From the NCBI GenBank assembly GCA_040771865.1, contig JAXGZF010000005.1, positions 124,001 through 188,000 on the forward strand: a stretch of 64,000 nucleotides of DNA, in the 5' to 3' direction. Shown piece after piece: positions 41,485 to 51,896 of the stretch. Origin of the DNA: Desulfobacterales bacterium (GTDB taxonomy: Bacteria; Desulfobacterota; Desulfobacteria; Desulfobacterales; UBA2245). Both the position numbers and the translations under genes were made by a program. The stretch's first letter is position 1; each line of letters begins with the position of its first letter. Under the pieces are notes generated by a model, which was not told the DNA's origin, did not search any database, and saw only the letters and a list, made by a program, of their open reading frames with translations.

Positions 41485-43182
41485 CTATCCTCGTGAATCC
41501 CCTCCGTGTTTCGCTGAATACGCCGTCGGATTAAGCTCGATTATATATTTTCGAACACCCTTGAAAATACCTTCACACAGATGATCCTGATACTTGGCAT
41601 TGGTGAGCCTTCGACATTCTTTAGGATTGCTGATAAACGAAGTCTCTACCAGGATCGAAGGCATCTGTGCGCCCAGCAAAACATAAAAAGGCGCCTGCTT
41701 TACCCCTTTATTGCGAATGTCCGGATAAACGCTTCGCATCCGGCTGATTACGGATTCATGAACGTGCCCCGCCATGCGGCTTGATTCATTGACTTTGGCA
41801 TTGAACATCAGATCATTGAGGATGGACTGAAGATCGCTGATATTTTTGGTTGAAGTGGCATTTTCGCGCGCCGCCACCAAGATTGCGTCATCATCGGTGG
41901 CAAGATTTAAAAAGTAGGTTTCAATGCCGTTGGCGTTGCTGCTCTTGGCTGCATTGGTATGAATTGAAATAAAGAGATCCGCATTTTTGGTGTTGGCGAT
42001 CGCGGTTCTTTCTTCCAGAGTCAGATATCGGTCGCTGTTCCGCGTCAGAATTACCTCGCAGCCAAGGTCTTTTTCAATTTTTTTGGCCAGACGGCGGGAA
42101 ATCTGCAGTGTAATATCCTTTTCGTGAACGCCCTTAACATGTCCTGGAGCCCCGAAGTCCTTCCCGCCGTGTCCCGGATCGATGACGATGCGCCTGACGC
42201 CAAGCGCCAGCTGCTTGGCCAAAGCGCCCGGAGAAAGTTTGCTTTTCGAATCGGGCGCGATCGGTTGGCCGGGGGATTTTGAAGCGGTTTGACGTTCTTC
42301 ACCCCAGACGTCAATAACAATTCTGAAAGGATTTTTCAGAGAGAATATCTTATAGTTTCGAAACGATTTGATATCCACAACCACCCGAACCGAATCCAGT
42401 GTATACTGTCCGATCCGGACATTGCTGAGCAGATCGTCGTTGATCGGAATGTTTGTTTGCATATCCTTGCGCAGACGGCTGTTGGCCATGTCCACATAAA
42501 GCCGTGGGGGCTTGCCGATCGAAGGATCTTTTTTAAGAATGTGATGCGTAAAGGTTGTCTCATTATCCGCATTGACGACGACCCGGGTGTAGCTTGGATT
42601 TGACCAGAAACGCAGTTCTTCCACAACAGCTGCACCCGTAAGCACAGAATCCTTTACATGATTTTCAGATTCCTGCACCAAGGCGGGCTTTTGAGTTGTT
42701 TCGTTTTTCACCGATTCCTTGATAGGAGTGACGGTAAGCCTATCCAGCTCTGCTTGGGCTTTTTCACAATATCGGCTTTTGGGGAAACGTTTTACGATAC
42801 GGCTGAAAATATCCGCCGCCTCTTTTTCATCCGCCTTCCGCCCTGAGTATCGGTTAAGTTCCAGGAAAAGCTTTCCGGACATATATAAGCCTGCTGCAGC
42901 CCATGGACCCGTTGGATCGCTGCGATACACCTGCTCAAACTGTTCAATGCAGATTTTCCAGTTTTGCCGGTACTGTCGTTTGGATGGATTTTCGACCATC
43001 TGACGATAACTGCGATCCGCTTTCATGTAAAGTTCTTTGGGATCCTGGGCGGGGCATCGATCAGGATTGAAAACCCCGGACAGTACAAAAGCCAGAACCA
43101 GACAGACAGTGAATTTTATTCCGGCCTTGAGAAAAGTCGCTTTTCTACACCAATGTTGTTTGTGATCGCAGATGAAAACCAT
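41485..43182 (-). CDS. amiC: N-acetylmuramoyl-L-alanine amidase (TPR-like, AMIN and Amidase_3 domains)
   Basis: RFWSNPSYTRVVV (AMIN), IVIDPGHGG, HEK, FISIHTNA and PSILVETSFISN. Confidence 0.9.
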   Translation of the reverse strand: MVFICDHKQHWCRKATFLKAGIKFTVCLVLAFVLSGVFNPDRCPAQDPKELYMKADRSYRQMVENPSKRQYRQNWKICIEQFEQVYRSDPTGPWAAAGLYMSGKLFLELNRYSGRKADEKEAADIFSRIVKRFPKSRYCEKAQAELDRLTVTPIKESVKNETTQKPALVQESENHVKDSVLTGAAVVEELRFWSNPSYTRVVVNADNETTFTHHILKKDPSIGKPPRLYVDMANSRLRKDMQTNIPINDDLLSNVRIGQYTLDSVRVVVDIKSFRNYKIFSLKNPFRIVIDVWGEERQTASKSPGQPIAPDSKSKLSPGALAKQLALGVRRIVIDPGHGGKDFGAPGHVKGVHEKDITLQISRRLAKKIEKDLGCEVILTRNSDRYLTLEERTAIANTKNADLFISIHTNAAKSSNANGIETYFLNLATDDDAILVAARENATSTKNISDLQSILNDLMFNAKVNESSRMAGHVHESVISRMRSVYPDIRNKGVKQAPFYVLLGAQMPSILVETSFISNPKECRRLTNAKYQDHLCEGIFKGVRKYIIELNPTAYSAKHGGDSRG

Positions 43183-43185
43183 GTG

Positions 43186-45813
43186 TTATACGGGTATGGT
43201 CTTTATTTTTTCCTGAAGTTCGTTCAGGCAGTTCAACGCGTCCAGAGGCGTCATTCTATATATGTCCAATCCTTGCAGCTTGGCCAGGATCTGATCTGAA
43301 TGATTCTGGAACAAATCAAGCTGAACGGGTTTTCGAAGTGCTTCAGCTTTGGTCGCAGTATCGGGGCATCTGCAAAGATGCGGTTTTTTCCCCTCTTCTA
43401 TATCGGCCAGGATCTGCTTGGCCCTTGAAATGACCGTATCGGGGATGCCGGCCAGGCGCGCTACCTGAATCCCGTAACTGCGGTTCGTGCCTCCTTCGAC
43501 CAGCTTGCGCAGAAAGATAATCTCTTCATTCCATTCCTTGACGGCTATGTTGTAATTTTTCATCCTTGACTTTGTCAAGGATAGATCCGTCAGTTCGTGA
43601 TAATGCGTGGCAAAAAGGGTTTTGACGCCCTTGAATTTCAGGTCATGCAGGTATTCCGCCACAGCCCACGCAATGCTCAACCCGTCAAATGTACTGGTTC
43701 CCCGTCCGATTTCATCCAGAATCACCAGGCTGTCTTTTGTGGCGTTGTGCAATATGCGGGCTGTTTCCTCCATTTCCACCATAAAGGTACTTTGCCCCTG
43801 GGAGAGATTGTCCAGGGCGCCGACACGGGTAAAAATCCGGTCGGTAACGCAGATCGATGCCTTTTCCGCAGCGACAAAGGATCCCATCTGAGCCATGACG
43901 ACCGTCAGGGCCGTCTGCCGCAGCACAGTTGATTTGCCGGCCATGTTGGGCCCGGTTATCACCAGAACCTGGTTGTCATGCATATCAAGGCGGATATCGT
44001 TGGGCACATAGCGTTCGCCGCGCATCATCTGTTCGATCACCGGATGCCGACCCTGTTCGATCTCAATGCAGCCGTCTGTGTTGATTTCCGGTCGACAATA
44101 GTGGTTTGTTTCAGCGATCTCCGCTAAAGCCGACAGACAATCGAGTCTGGCCACGAACCGGGCAATCTTTTGAATCCTTGGATTTTCAAGGATTGCCGCC
44201 TGGCGGATTTCATCAAAGATTTCGTACTCAAGCGCCGCTCGCCGTTCCTCGGCACCCAGAACATCGGCCTCGTAGGTCTTCAGCTCATCGTTTATATACC
44301 GCTCGGCATTGACCAGGGTCTGCTTGCGTACGTAATGGTCCGGCGCCTCATTAATTCTGCCTTTCGGAATTTCAATGTAATACCCGAACACCTTGTTGTA
44401 ACGGACTTTCAGGGAATTGATTCCCGTTGCCCTTTTTTCTCTGGCTTCAAATTCGATAAGCCAGCGCTTGCCGCCAGTGCTGATTTCAATCAGCTCGTCA
44501 AGCTGTGCGTTGAAACCCGGTTTGATGATTCGGCCTTCGTGAAGGACAGGTGGCGCATCATCAAGGATGGACTTTTCTATTTTTTCGACCAGCGTCGCCA
44601 GCGGGCCGGGATCTTCTTCTATGGAAAATAGCGGGCAACGAAAGGATTCAAGCTGAGTCAGGACTGGAAACACCATCTCAAGGGACTGCTTTATTGCCAG
44701 AAGATCCCTGGCGTTGCCGTGTCCCATCACGATTCTGCTTCCCAGGCGTTCAAGGTCATAAACTGATCGAAGCGTTTCCTGAATTGCTTTGCGAATTCTG
44801 GATTTCTCTATGGCCTCCTGCACTGCATCCTGCCGTGTTTTTATGGCCTCTGTGTCCAGAAGCGGATAACGCAGCCATTGACGCATCATCCGCCCACCCA
44901 TGGCGGTATGCGTTTTGTCGATTACCTCGATCAGGGCGCCCTGCCGGCTTCCATTCCGGATATTTTTTAACAGTTCAAGATTTCTGCACGACAGGTCATC
45001 GACCAGCAGGCAACTGTCCAGACTGTAGGTTTCAATACCGGCAAAATGCCCGACCGCCTGTTTTTGAGTCTCCTGAACATAATACAAAAGCGCTCCTGCC
45101 GCACACACTCCCTGCCGCATCTCTTCGCATCCGAATCCTTCAAGGGATCGGGTTTTGAATTGCGCGATCAGCCGTCCACGTGCCTCGGCATAATCAAAGG
45201 CTCTGTCTTCAATGAAAGTAACGACCCGGCCATCGAACTTCCTGATCAGAGGAACCCGCAAAGCATCGTTTCGGAAAGCTTCAGGCAGCAGCACCTCTCT
45301 GGGAGATATCCTCAGCGCCTCGTCGAGAATCGTATAGGAATTTTCGGACTCAACCATTCGAAAGGCGCCCGTCGAAATATCTAGGCAGGAAAGCCCGGTT
45401 TTCTCATGATCACTGTGCAATGCCAGAAGGTAGTTATTGGATCTGGCGTCAAGCAGTTCGTTTTCGATGATCATGCCCGGCGTGATGATCCTTGATACTT
45501 CTCTTTTGACAAGGCCTTTGGCCGTCGAAGGGTCTTCAACCTGATCGCAGATGGCCACCTTGAATCCCATTTCAATCAGCCGGGCGATATATCCCTGGAC
45601 GGCCCGAACCGGCACACCGCACATGGGTACCGGCGAATCGTCTTTTTTGTTTCGCGATGTTAAAGTGATTTCAAGTGCTCGTGATGCCAGTTCCGCATCC
45701 TGAAAAAACATTTCATAGAAATCTCCCATTCGATAAAACAGAAGGGCATCGGGGTGCTTTTCCTTTACCGAAAGGTACTGACGCATCATGGGGGTTGCGG
45801 TTGAAGAACGCAT
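43186..45813 (-). CDS. mutS: DNA mismatch repair protein MutS
   Basis: TPMMRQY, RMGDFYEMF, GPNMAGKST, STFMVEM, DEIGRGTST and SYGIQVARLAG. Confidence 0.97.
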   Translation of the reverse strand: MRSSTATPMMRQYLSVKEKHPDALLFYRMGDFYEMFFQDAELASRALEITLTSRNKKDDSPVPMCGVPVRAVQGYIARLIEMGFKVAICDQVEDPSTAKGLVKREVSRIITPGMIIENELLDARSNNYLLALHSDHEKTGLSCLDISTGAFRMVESENSYTILDEALRISPREVLLPEAFRNDALRVPLIRKFDGRVVTFIEDRAFDYAEARGRLIAQFKTRSLEGFGCEEMRQGVCAAGALLYYVQETQKQAVGHFAGIETYSLDSCLLVDDLSCRNLELLKNIRNGSRQGALIEVIDKTHTAMGGRMMRQWLRYPLLDTEAIKTRQDAVQEAIEKSRIRKAIQETLRSVYDLERLGSRIVMGHGNARDLLAIKQSLEMVFPVLTQLESFRCPLFSIEEDPGPLATLVEKIEKSILDDAPPVLHEGRIIKPGFNAQLDELIEISTGGKRWLIEFEAREKRATGINSLKVRYNKVFGYYIEIPKGRINEAPDHYVRKQTLVNAERYINDELKTYEADVLGAEERRAALEYEIFDEIRQAAILENPRIQKIARFVARLDCLSALAEIAETNHYCRPEINTDGCIEIEQGRHPVIEQMMRGERYVPNDIRLDMHDNQVLVITGPNMAGKSTVLRQTALTVVMAQMGSFVAAEKASICVTDRIFTRVGALDNLSQGQSTFMVEMEETARILHNATKDSLVILDEIGRGTSTFDGLSIAWAVAEYLHDLKFKGVKTLFATHYHELTDLSLTKSRMKNYNIAVKEWNEEIIFLRKLVEGGTNRSYGIQVARLAGIPDTVISRAKQILADIEEGKKPHLCRCPDTATKAEALRKPVQLDLFQNHSDQILAKLQGLDIYRMTPLDALNCLNELQEKIKTIPV

Positions 45814-45835
45814 CGGTTTAATGGCATCTGTTTTA

Positions 45836-45905
45836 AAACAGCCGGGTCATCCGGCTGTTTCAGAAAACGCGCATAGGCAAAAGGCGACTGCCTTTTGCCT
45901 ATGCG
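45836..45905 (-). terminator. Two perfect tandem hairpins upstream of mutS
   Basis: 16-bp stem CGCATAGGCAAAAGGC-GACT-GCCTTTTGCCTATGCG (45870-45905) and 10-bp stem AAACAGCCGG-GTCAT-CCGGCTGTTT (45836-45860). Confidence 0.6.
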
Positions 45906-45948
45906 GGACAAGGTGTTTGAAAATTGGGAACCCGTTTTGTAAAATGCT

Positions 45949-46314
45949 TCAACTGGCGTTTTGTGTGCCAGCGGTTGTGGCGCCGGCCGCAGGCGCGCGT
46001 CCTTTGTAAGAATCCAGTTCGCTTTGCAGGAAAGATATCTTCTGCATATTCGAATCCACCGCACAGTTGAGGTTGCGTATTTCCTTTCTTGCCTTGAAAC
46101 GAACGGCCAGGCTGGAAATATATGCGATCAGAAATCCCAAGACAAAGAATCCCAGCACCAGAACTGCATTGTAAACTCCCGGAAAGCTGTAGGAGACAAA
46201 CTTCAGATTAAGATTGAAAGTCGGTTGCGACAAAAAATATTCCTGATTCTGGTAAATAAACAGCGCGATGAATGCCAAGATAATCACCAACAGACCGATC
46301 TTCACTTTCTTCAT
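45949..46314 (-). CDS. LPS assembly protein A-family (DUF1049) membrane protein; unrelated to the adhesin LapA
   Basis: TM segment, FIYQN, second TM with FVLGFL, then a coiled-coil tail. Confidence 0.7.
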   Translation of the reverse strand: MKKVKIGLLVIILAFIALFIYQNQEYFLSQPTFNLNLKFVSYSFPGVYNAVLVLGFFVLGFLIAYISSLAVRFKARKEIRNLNCAVDSNMQKISFLQSELDSYKGRAPAAGATTAGTQNAS

Positions 46315-46325
46315 ATTATTTCTCC

Positions 46326-46817
46326 CTAAATTAAGCTTGTTAAATCAAGTTTATCGAAGAAGGGCTTTAATTTGTCACGAGTTGCCTGCACGTGTTCCGG
46401 TATGACGCGAACATCGCCCAGAACCGTCATAAAATTGGTATCGCCAAACCAGCGTGGAACAATATGACAATGCAGATGTTCCTCTATGCCGGCGCCGGCT
46501 ACCTTACCCAAATTCAATCCCACATTGAAACCGTCCGGATGAATCGTCTGCTTCAGAATACTTGCGGATTCTCTGATCAAGACCATCAAATCGGAAAGTT
46601 CATCCCGGCCAAGTTGATTAAGCCCGGATGCGTGCCGAACGGGAGCGACCAGTAGATGGCCGTTGATGTAAGGAAACTTGTTCATCAGGACCATGCTGGT
46701 TTTACCTTTAAAAAGGGTGAGCGGGTTGTCATGCAGGAAGGATTTGCAAAAAATACAGTCCTGCTCCTTTTCACCGAGTATATATTCAATTCGCCACGGC
46801 GCCCACAGGGTTTGCAT
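46326..46817 (-). CDS. HIT-family nucleotide hydrolase
   Basis: LWAPWR, CIFC, NKFPYINGH, GFNVGLNLGKVAGAG and HLHCHIVPRW. Confidence 0.92.
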   Translation of the reverse strand: MQTLWAPWRIEYILGEKEQDCIFCKSFLHDNPLTLFKGKTSMVLMNKFPYINGHLLVAPVRHASGLNQLGRDELSDLMVLIRESASILKQTIHPDGFNVGLNLGKVAGAGIEEHLHCHIVPRWFGDTNFMTVLGDVRVIPEHVQATRDKLKPFFDKLDLTSLI

Positions 46818-46897
46818 GCCGGATATTTCCACTATCAAAGGATTAGCATGAATACAGGATTTCAAATCCTTTCAGTTACCCTTTTTGCATCCAAAAC

Positions 46898-47635
46898 TCA
46901 ACCTTTTTTTCCTGTCAGCGGCACAACCTCGATCTTTCCCCAGAATCCGATATTTTTTCCCAGAACCACAACGATGCCTTCTATATCCTGTATAATTTTA
47001 CCCATCTCAATGACCTTTGAAATATCCTTTGAAGATCGGATCTGGTTACACAGCGCAGTTGCGGCGGCATCTGCCAGTGCGCAGTTGCTGGATATCACAC
47101 ATACCGCATCCGCTCTGCCGAAACTCAAGGAATGCCCTACCGTTGCGGATGAGGTGCATACTCCAAACGGTTCGTTCCGGCCTTGCAGGCGAATGCCCAT
47201 CTTCATGCTGAGGGGTGAATTCCCGGCAAAAATGCCGATTACAACCGGTTCATTCACCTTCAAGAAGATATCCCCGCCGTTTTCAACCACCACCTCGGGG
47301 CTGAAATTCAGCAGCCCCGTTCCAACACTTTCGGCTATGGCGCCGGCCACAGAGGCCATGGGGCCCACTCCGGCCATTTGGCCGGCCCATGCCATGGTCC
47401 GAACGATTTCCGGGGCAGGGCCACGCACCTGCCAAGGTTCAATGGCGTGCAAAAATTCGGGACAACCAGCGATATAAGATTCTAAAAAACCCCGGCAGTT
47501 AATCGCCAGTTCCCGTCCGATCTTTTCCAGATTCCGATGGGCCTGGATGAAAAGATCGGTCTCCTGCGCATGGACTTCAAAACTGATCCAGCGGCCGCTT
47601 CTTGCCGCAAACCGGTAAGTCCTGGGTTCATGCAT
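46898..47635 (-). CDS. UPF0280 family protein (ApbE superfamily)
   Basis: ETDL, GVGPMASVAGAIAE, VENGGDI, CTSSATVGHSLSFG and ADAAATALCN. Confidence 0.88.
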   Translation of the reverse strand: MHEPRTYRFAARSGRWISFEVHAQETDLFIQAHRNLEKIGRELAINCRGFLESYIAGCPEFLHAIEPWQVRGPAPEIVRTMAWAGQMAGVGPMASVAGAIAESVGTGLLNFSPEVVVENGGDIFLKVNEPVVIGIFAGNSPLSMKMGIRLQGRNEPFGVCTSSATVGHSLSFGRADAVCVISSNCALADAAATALCNQIRSSKDISKVIEMGKIIQDIEGIVVVLGKNIGFWGKIEVVPLTGKKG

Positions 47636-48821
47636 AGCGATCCCCGGAAGGAAGATCTCTGTTCGGAGTCGGTCTGAGTTCTTCAGGGCACTGTCTGATG
47701 AAATACCGATCCGTCATGCCCGAGATAAAATCCCGTACAATTTCTTCCTTGCAGTGCCGTTCCAGATATTCAGGCGCCATATCCTTCAGAAAACCCGAAA
47801 ATATGACGGAATCGTGATTTTCCCTCTCAACGTCTTTCAGGTATTTTTCAAACAACATTCCAAACAGCCGCTTGATGGAGTTCAGGTGTTGCTTGATGAA
47901 GGAATTTAAATAGATCCGTTCTAGATTAAAAGCCTTCAAATCCCTGAGCGCATCGGAAACCTCCGGGCTGAAGGCCACGCAATCTTTCTGAAAACTGTTC
48001 TGAATAATATCGGTGACCAGACGGAATACGATCGTGCCGTTGGTGTTTCCCAGCGTCCGGACCGTAGCTGCGGGCAGATCGTCCCGACGGATCAGGCCCA
48101 GACGGATGGCATCCTCCACGTCTCTTCCAATATAGCTGACCGTATCGGCCATCCGCACCACGCAGCCCTCAAGTGTCATGGGAACCAGTGTCAAGTCCGG
48201 GTTGCGCTTTTTCCGAACGATTTCCGCTTCCAGAATTTCGAAGGTCTTATCACGGTTGGGTATCAGGACATTGTCATGAACCTCTCCGTCATGACATAAA
48301 ATGCCGTCCAGAGTTTGAAGGCAGAGATTCCAGCCCCGTCCCTTGCGTTCGACATGTTCGAGAAACTGAACGCTTTGCACGCTGTGCAGAAATGCGCCGA
48401 TTCCATGGCGTCGGCAAAGTTCGGACAATATGCGCTCACCGTCATGTCCGAAGGGTGTGTGGCCGATGTCATGCCCGAGGGCGATCGCCTCGATGAGATC
48501 TTCGTTAAGCCCGAGAAACCGTCCGATGGTGCGGGCAATTTTGGATACCAGCTGAACATGCAATACCCGGTGAGTGATATGATCGTTTTGAATCAGGTAA
48601 AACACCTGAGTCTTATCAATATAGCGTGTGTAGGCCAAAGAATGCAGTATCCGGTCTACGTCCAGGGAAAAGTTCTGGCGATATCCCTGCTCGGTTCCGG
48701 GATCTTTCCACCTTCGAATACCCTGCCGGCTGAAGGCGGCACAGGACGACAATTCCCTTTCTTCCCGGCAGCTCAATTCCTGTTTCAATGCATTGAGGTT
48801 AACGTTTTCCAAATTTGTCAT
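47628..48821 (-). CDS. HD-domain dGTP triphosphohydrolase-like protein
   Basis: DRILHS...DKTQVF, HRVLH, GHDIGHTPFGHDGE, ADTVSY and RDFISGMTD. Likely start is MTNLE at 48821. Confidence 0.87.
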   Translation of the reverse strand: MTNLENVNLNALKQELSCREERELSSCAAFSRQGIRRWKDPGTEQGYRQNFSLDVDRILHSLAYTRYIDKTQVFYLIQNDHITHRVLHVQLVSKIARTIGRFLGLNEDLIEAIALGHDIGHTPFGHDGERILSELCRRHGIGAFLHSVQSVQFLEHVERKGRGWNLCLQTLDGILCHDGEVHDNVLIPNRDKTFEILEAEIVRKKRNPDLTLVPMTLEGCVVRMADTVSYIGRDVEDAIRLGLIRRDDLPAATVRTLGNTNGTIVFRLVTDIIQNSFQKDCVAFSPEVSDALRDLKAFNLERIYLNSFIKQHLNSIKRLFGMLFEKYLKDVERENHDSVIFSGFLKDMAPEYLERHCKEEIVRDFISGMTDRYFIRQCPEELRPTPNRDLPSGDRYA

Positions 48822-49317
48822 GGTTTTCAACGCCGAGGTTCTTGTCGATATGGAAAAGTTCCTGAATAACCTGCCTGCCCCGTTCCGCATGGGTTCCGGG
48901 CCAATAAATCCTGCCGCACCGGGGACAGACGGTGAATTCCTTCTGGGAGTGCCAGACGTAATCCGGAACCCGGCTGCGTACCGATTCCTTTGTTGCCGGA
49001 AGGATCGGAACATTGCATCTCAGGCAGCGTGAGAAGGGATTCAGACAGGAAAGCGGGATTCCCGTCGCATCGATGACCTGCCTGAGCTGCTTCAGATAGC
49101 TGTCCGATTCGATAAAAATAAACATTCCGCTCTTTCCCGCGCGCAAGACCCTTTGGCTGCGGGTTAAACGAATCCTTGGAAATTCGGCATTCTTTTCCTG
49201 CCGCCAGCCGCCGTCCCCCTGATAAGAGGCGTCAATGCCAAGCATTCGAAGCCATTTGGCAAGCTTCCCGAGAGGCTTTTCGACCTCGAATCGAATTGGG
49301 AAAGATCCATGCATCAC
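48799..49317 (-). CDS. Mut7-C RNase domain protein (DUF82)
   Basis: LGKLAKWLRMLGIDA, PFSRCLRCN and CPRCGRIYWPGTH. Confidence 0.88.
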   Translation of the reverse strand: MMHGSFPIRFEVEKPLGKLAKWLRMLGIDASYQGDGGWRQEKNAEFPRIRLTRSQRVLRAGKSGMFIFIESDSYLKQLRQVIDATGIPLSCLNPFSRCLRCNVPILPATKESVRSRVPDYVWHSQKEFTVCPRCGRIYWPGTHAERGRQVIQELFHIDKNLGVENHDKFGKR

Positions 49318-49325
49318 AGATCTCC

Positions 49326-50072
49326 TTAAAACGGGCTGTCCAGTTTGAATGTTTCAGGAGACACCCTCGCAAAGGTCCAGTATCTTTCTACGGTCAACAC
49401 CAGACCGGCTTCGGATCCGATGACTGAAAGCCGTTCCGGAACGCGGTACCCATCAATGTTCTGTATGGCTTCAAATTCGGCCTGGAAAAGAAGTTCACCA
49501 TTCCGGTCGAATCGTTCAATCCGCGATATTTTCGGCATCTCGTCGGAAAAAAAGATTTTTTCTACGATATGCCGATCTTTCTTCAGCACAAGAACGGGGC
49601 CTTGAGCGGAGTCTGTTAATAATTCGGCGAAACTGTATTCCGGAATCGGTGCGCGTCCAGCCAGCAGGCTGACCAGATCCTGCGGTTTCATGGCAATGGA
49701 AATCATGCGGCCAAGGTCGCTGTCGGTTGACCGCTGCTTGTAAAGACGTTTCTCGGTTTTGGAGAGCAGATAAAGCCATTTACCATCGCAGGCCATGGCT
49801 CTATCCGGATGTCCGGAAATTCCGAGAATTTCAACCCGGAATCTGTCTTCGTCCGATCCAACCCACACCACTCGCGCACTGGCGGATTGGGCACGATTCC
49901 AAAAATGAAATTTTCCGATACCCTTGAATGAGGTCATGCCTTTGTTGGTTTGGCGCAACGCCTCGATCAGGCATAAGGCTTCCTCGGACACGGGTGGAGC
50001 TGGCGGTTTTCCGACCATGGCGCAGCCCCACAAAAAAAATGTCATCAGAACGGCAATCAGTCTTTTTGTCAT
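49326..50072 (-). CDS. Lipoprotein, LolB/LolA-like fold
   Basis: Lipobox FLWGC; beta-rich sequence; located after a TPR gene, as lolB-like genes commonly are. Confidence 0.6.
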   Translation of the reverse strand: MTKRLIAVLMTFFLWGCAMVGKPPAPPVSEEALCLIEALRQTNKGMTSFKGIGKFHFWNRAQSASARVVWVGSDEDRFRVEILGISGHPDRAMACDGKWLYLLSKTEKRLYKQRSTDSDLGRMISIAMKPQDLVSLLAGRAPIPEYSFAELLTDSAQGPVLVLKKDRHIVEKIFFSDEMPKISRIERFDRNGELLFQAEFEAIQNIDGYRVPERLSVIGSEAGLVLTVERYWTFARVSPETFKLDSPF

Positions 50073-51859
50073 GGGTCGGAAAATCCCTGATTTATGAGTT
50101 CCTGAATTTTTTTCTGAAGATGTTCGACCTTGTCTTTTTCAGCATTCATCAAAGCGCGTCTGTAAAGCTCCAGAGCTTTCCTGGGCTCATCGATCTTAAG
50201 ATAGACGTCCCCCAGATGTTCCAGAATGACCGGATCATCCGGAATGCGCTCTGCGGCATCCTTGAGCGAATCCAGCGCCCTGGGGTACAACCCCTTCTGG
50301 TAGTAAACCCATCCAAGGCTGTCGATGATGTACCCGTCATCCGGTCTGAATTTTAAGGCCTCCAGAATCAGTCGTTCGGCCTCATCCAGATTTTGTCCAA
50401 GATCCGCATAAGTGTAGCCCAGATAGTTCAGTGCGCTGGCATTTTCAGGCTCTAGGCGGATTACCGTTTTCATGGTTTCGATGCAATCCGATTTCCGGCC
50501 CCATTTATCGTAGACGACCCCGAGGCGAAATAGAAGATCGCTGTTTTTTGGATCCAGTTTGAGTCCGCTTTTCAATGTAGTTTCAGCATTTTGAAAATCT
50601 TCGATCTCCTCATAGAAGGATCCCATATACAAATATAATTCGGGGTTGTCCGGACTGGCGGCAATCACCTTCTTGAATGTATCAATCGTATCCTGAAGCT
50701 TGCCCTGCTGCTGGAATATAAAGGCGATTTGAAAGGCGGCGTTTTGGTAAAAACTGGAATCCGGCTTGACCGCAAGAAAGTGTTCCAGAGCCGAATCCGT
50801 CTGCTCAAGTTCCTTGTATGCGACCGCCAGAAGGTAATGAAGTTCGGAACTTTGTGGAACACCCTTGAGCATGATTTGAAGAATTTCGATGGCAAGATCG
50901 TATTTTTTTGGCGTCAGATACAATTCAACCAACTTGCGTATGACTTCCGGATCCCACTGACTGCGCTGTCCCAGGGGGATCAGCAACTCATCGGCATCAT
51001 CGTACATGCCGCGCACAAGATACGCCGAACCAAGCTCCATGGAGGCACGAACGTGTTGCGGATTCTGCTTGAGAATGTCCTGATAGGTTTGGATCACAAG
51101 ATCCACTTTTCCTGTTTGCTCGTATATGCTGATCAATTCAAAACGCGGCTCTTCCAGGTCGGGTTCAAGCTCTAGGGATTTGAGAAACATCTTTTCCGCT
51201 GAATTCCACTGCTGCCTTTGCTGGTGAATTTTTCCGAGAAAGAAATAACCGGCATAAGACTGAGGCTGATTGCGGACCAGTCTCGAATAAACCTCAAATG
51301 CCGCGTCCATATTATCCTCAGTCAGATACAGTTCGCCGAGCAGCAAATAGATATCCTGACGATCCGGATCCAGAAAAAGGATTTTTTCGTATGCTCCTCT
51401 GGCTGCATCCAGGTCTTTTACGATCTGTTTTAACCGGCCATAGAGTACCAGTGCATCCACATTATCCGGCTGCTTTTTTAAAATTTCTTCGACCACCTTG
51501 AGCGCATTTTCGGAATCCTTCTGGTGAAGATAAATTGCGGCAAGCTCCTGCTGAAGATAAATCGACTCCGAATCCAGAGCGATGGCTTTCTGAAGATTTT
51601 GAAGGGCATCATCAATCTTTCCCTGCTTTTTCAACAGCTGGGATTCAATGTAGAAATAATAGGCATTAGGGGAAGATGTGATGCCGGGTTGTTCTGTTGC
51701 TGAAGGAGCGACCGGTGCCTTCACGCATCCCGCCACAGCCAGCAGAATAAAACACGCCACAGCCCTTATCATCCGATCCATTGGGCCTGAAGACATTGTG
51801 GAGCCGGCGCGGTGTGACAACCAAATACCAGGCAGAATTTTATATTGATACATATTCAT
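50069..51859 (-). CDS. TPR-repeat lipoprotein
   Basis: Lipobox VAGC (true start probably near 51770); many TPRs; ALNYLGYTYAD and IIDSLGWVYY. Confidence 0.88.
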   Translation of the reverse strand: MNMYQYKILPGIWLSHRAGSTMSSGPMDRMIRAVACFILLAVAGCVKAPVAPSATEQPGITSSPNAYYFYIESQLLKKQGKIDDALQNLQKAIALDSESIYLQQELAAIYLHQKDSENALKVVEEILKKQPDNVDALVLYGRLKQIVKDLDAARGAYEKILFLDPDRQDIYLLLGELYLTEDNMDAAFEVYSRLVRNQPQSYAGYFFLGKIHQQRQQWNSAEKMFLKSLELEPDLEEPRFELISIYEQTGKVDLVIQTYQDILKQNPQHVRASMELGSAYLVRGMYDDADELLIPLGQRSQWDPEVIRKLVELYLTPKKYDLAIEILQIMLKGVPQSSELHYLLAVAYKELEQTDSALEHFLAVKPDSSFYQNAAFQIAFIFQQQGKLQDTIDTFKKVIAASPDNPELYLYMGSFYEEIEDFQNAETTLKSGLKLDPKNSDLLFRLGVVYDKWGRKSDCIETMKTVIRLEPENASALNYLGYTYADLGQNLDEAERLILEALKFRPDDGYIIDSLGWVYYQKGLYPRALDSLKDAAERIPDDPVILEHLGDVYLKIDEPRKALELYRRALMNAEKDKVEHLQKKIQELINQGFSDP

Positions 51860-51896
51860 GTGTCGATCACTTTAAATGGGGAGGCTTTTCATAACC

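Noticed and set aside
45949..46314. LapA-family gene as part of the Lap adhesin system
   Set aside because: Name collision only; this is the small LPS assembly protein A family.
47628..48821. HD dGTPase as an anti-phage defence gene
   Set aside because: It is embedded with overlapping codons in a housekeeping operon, with no defence-island context.
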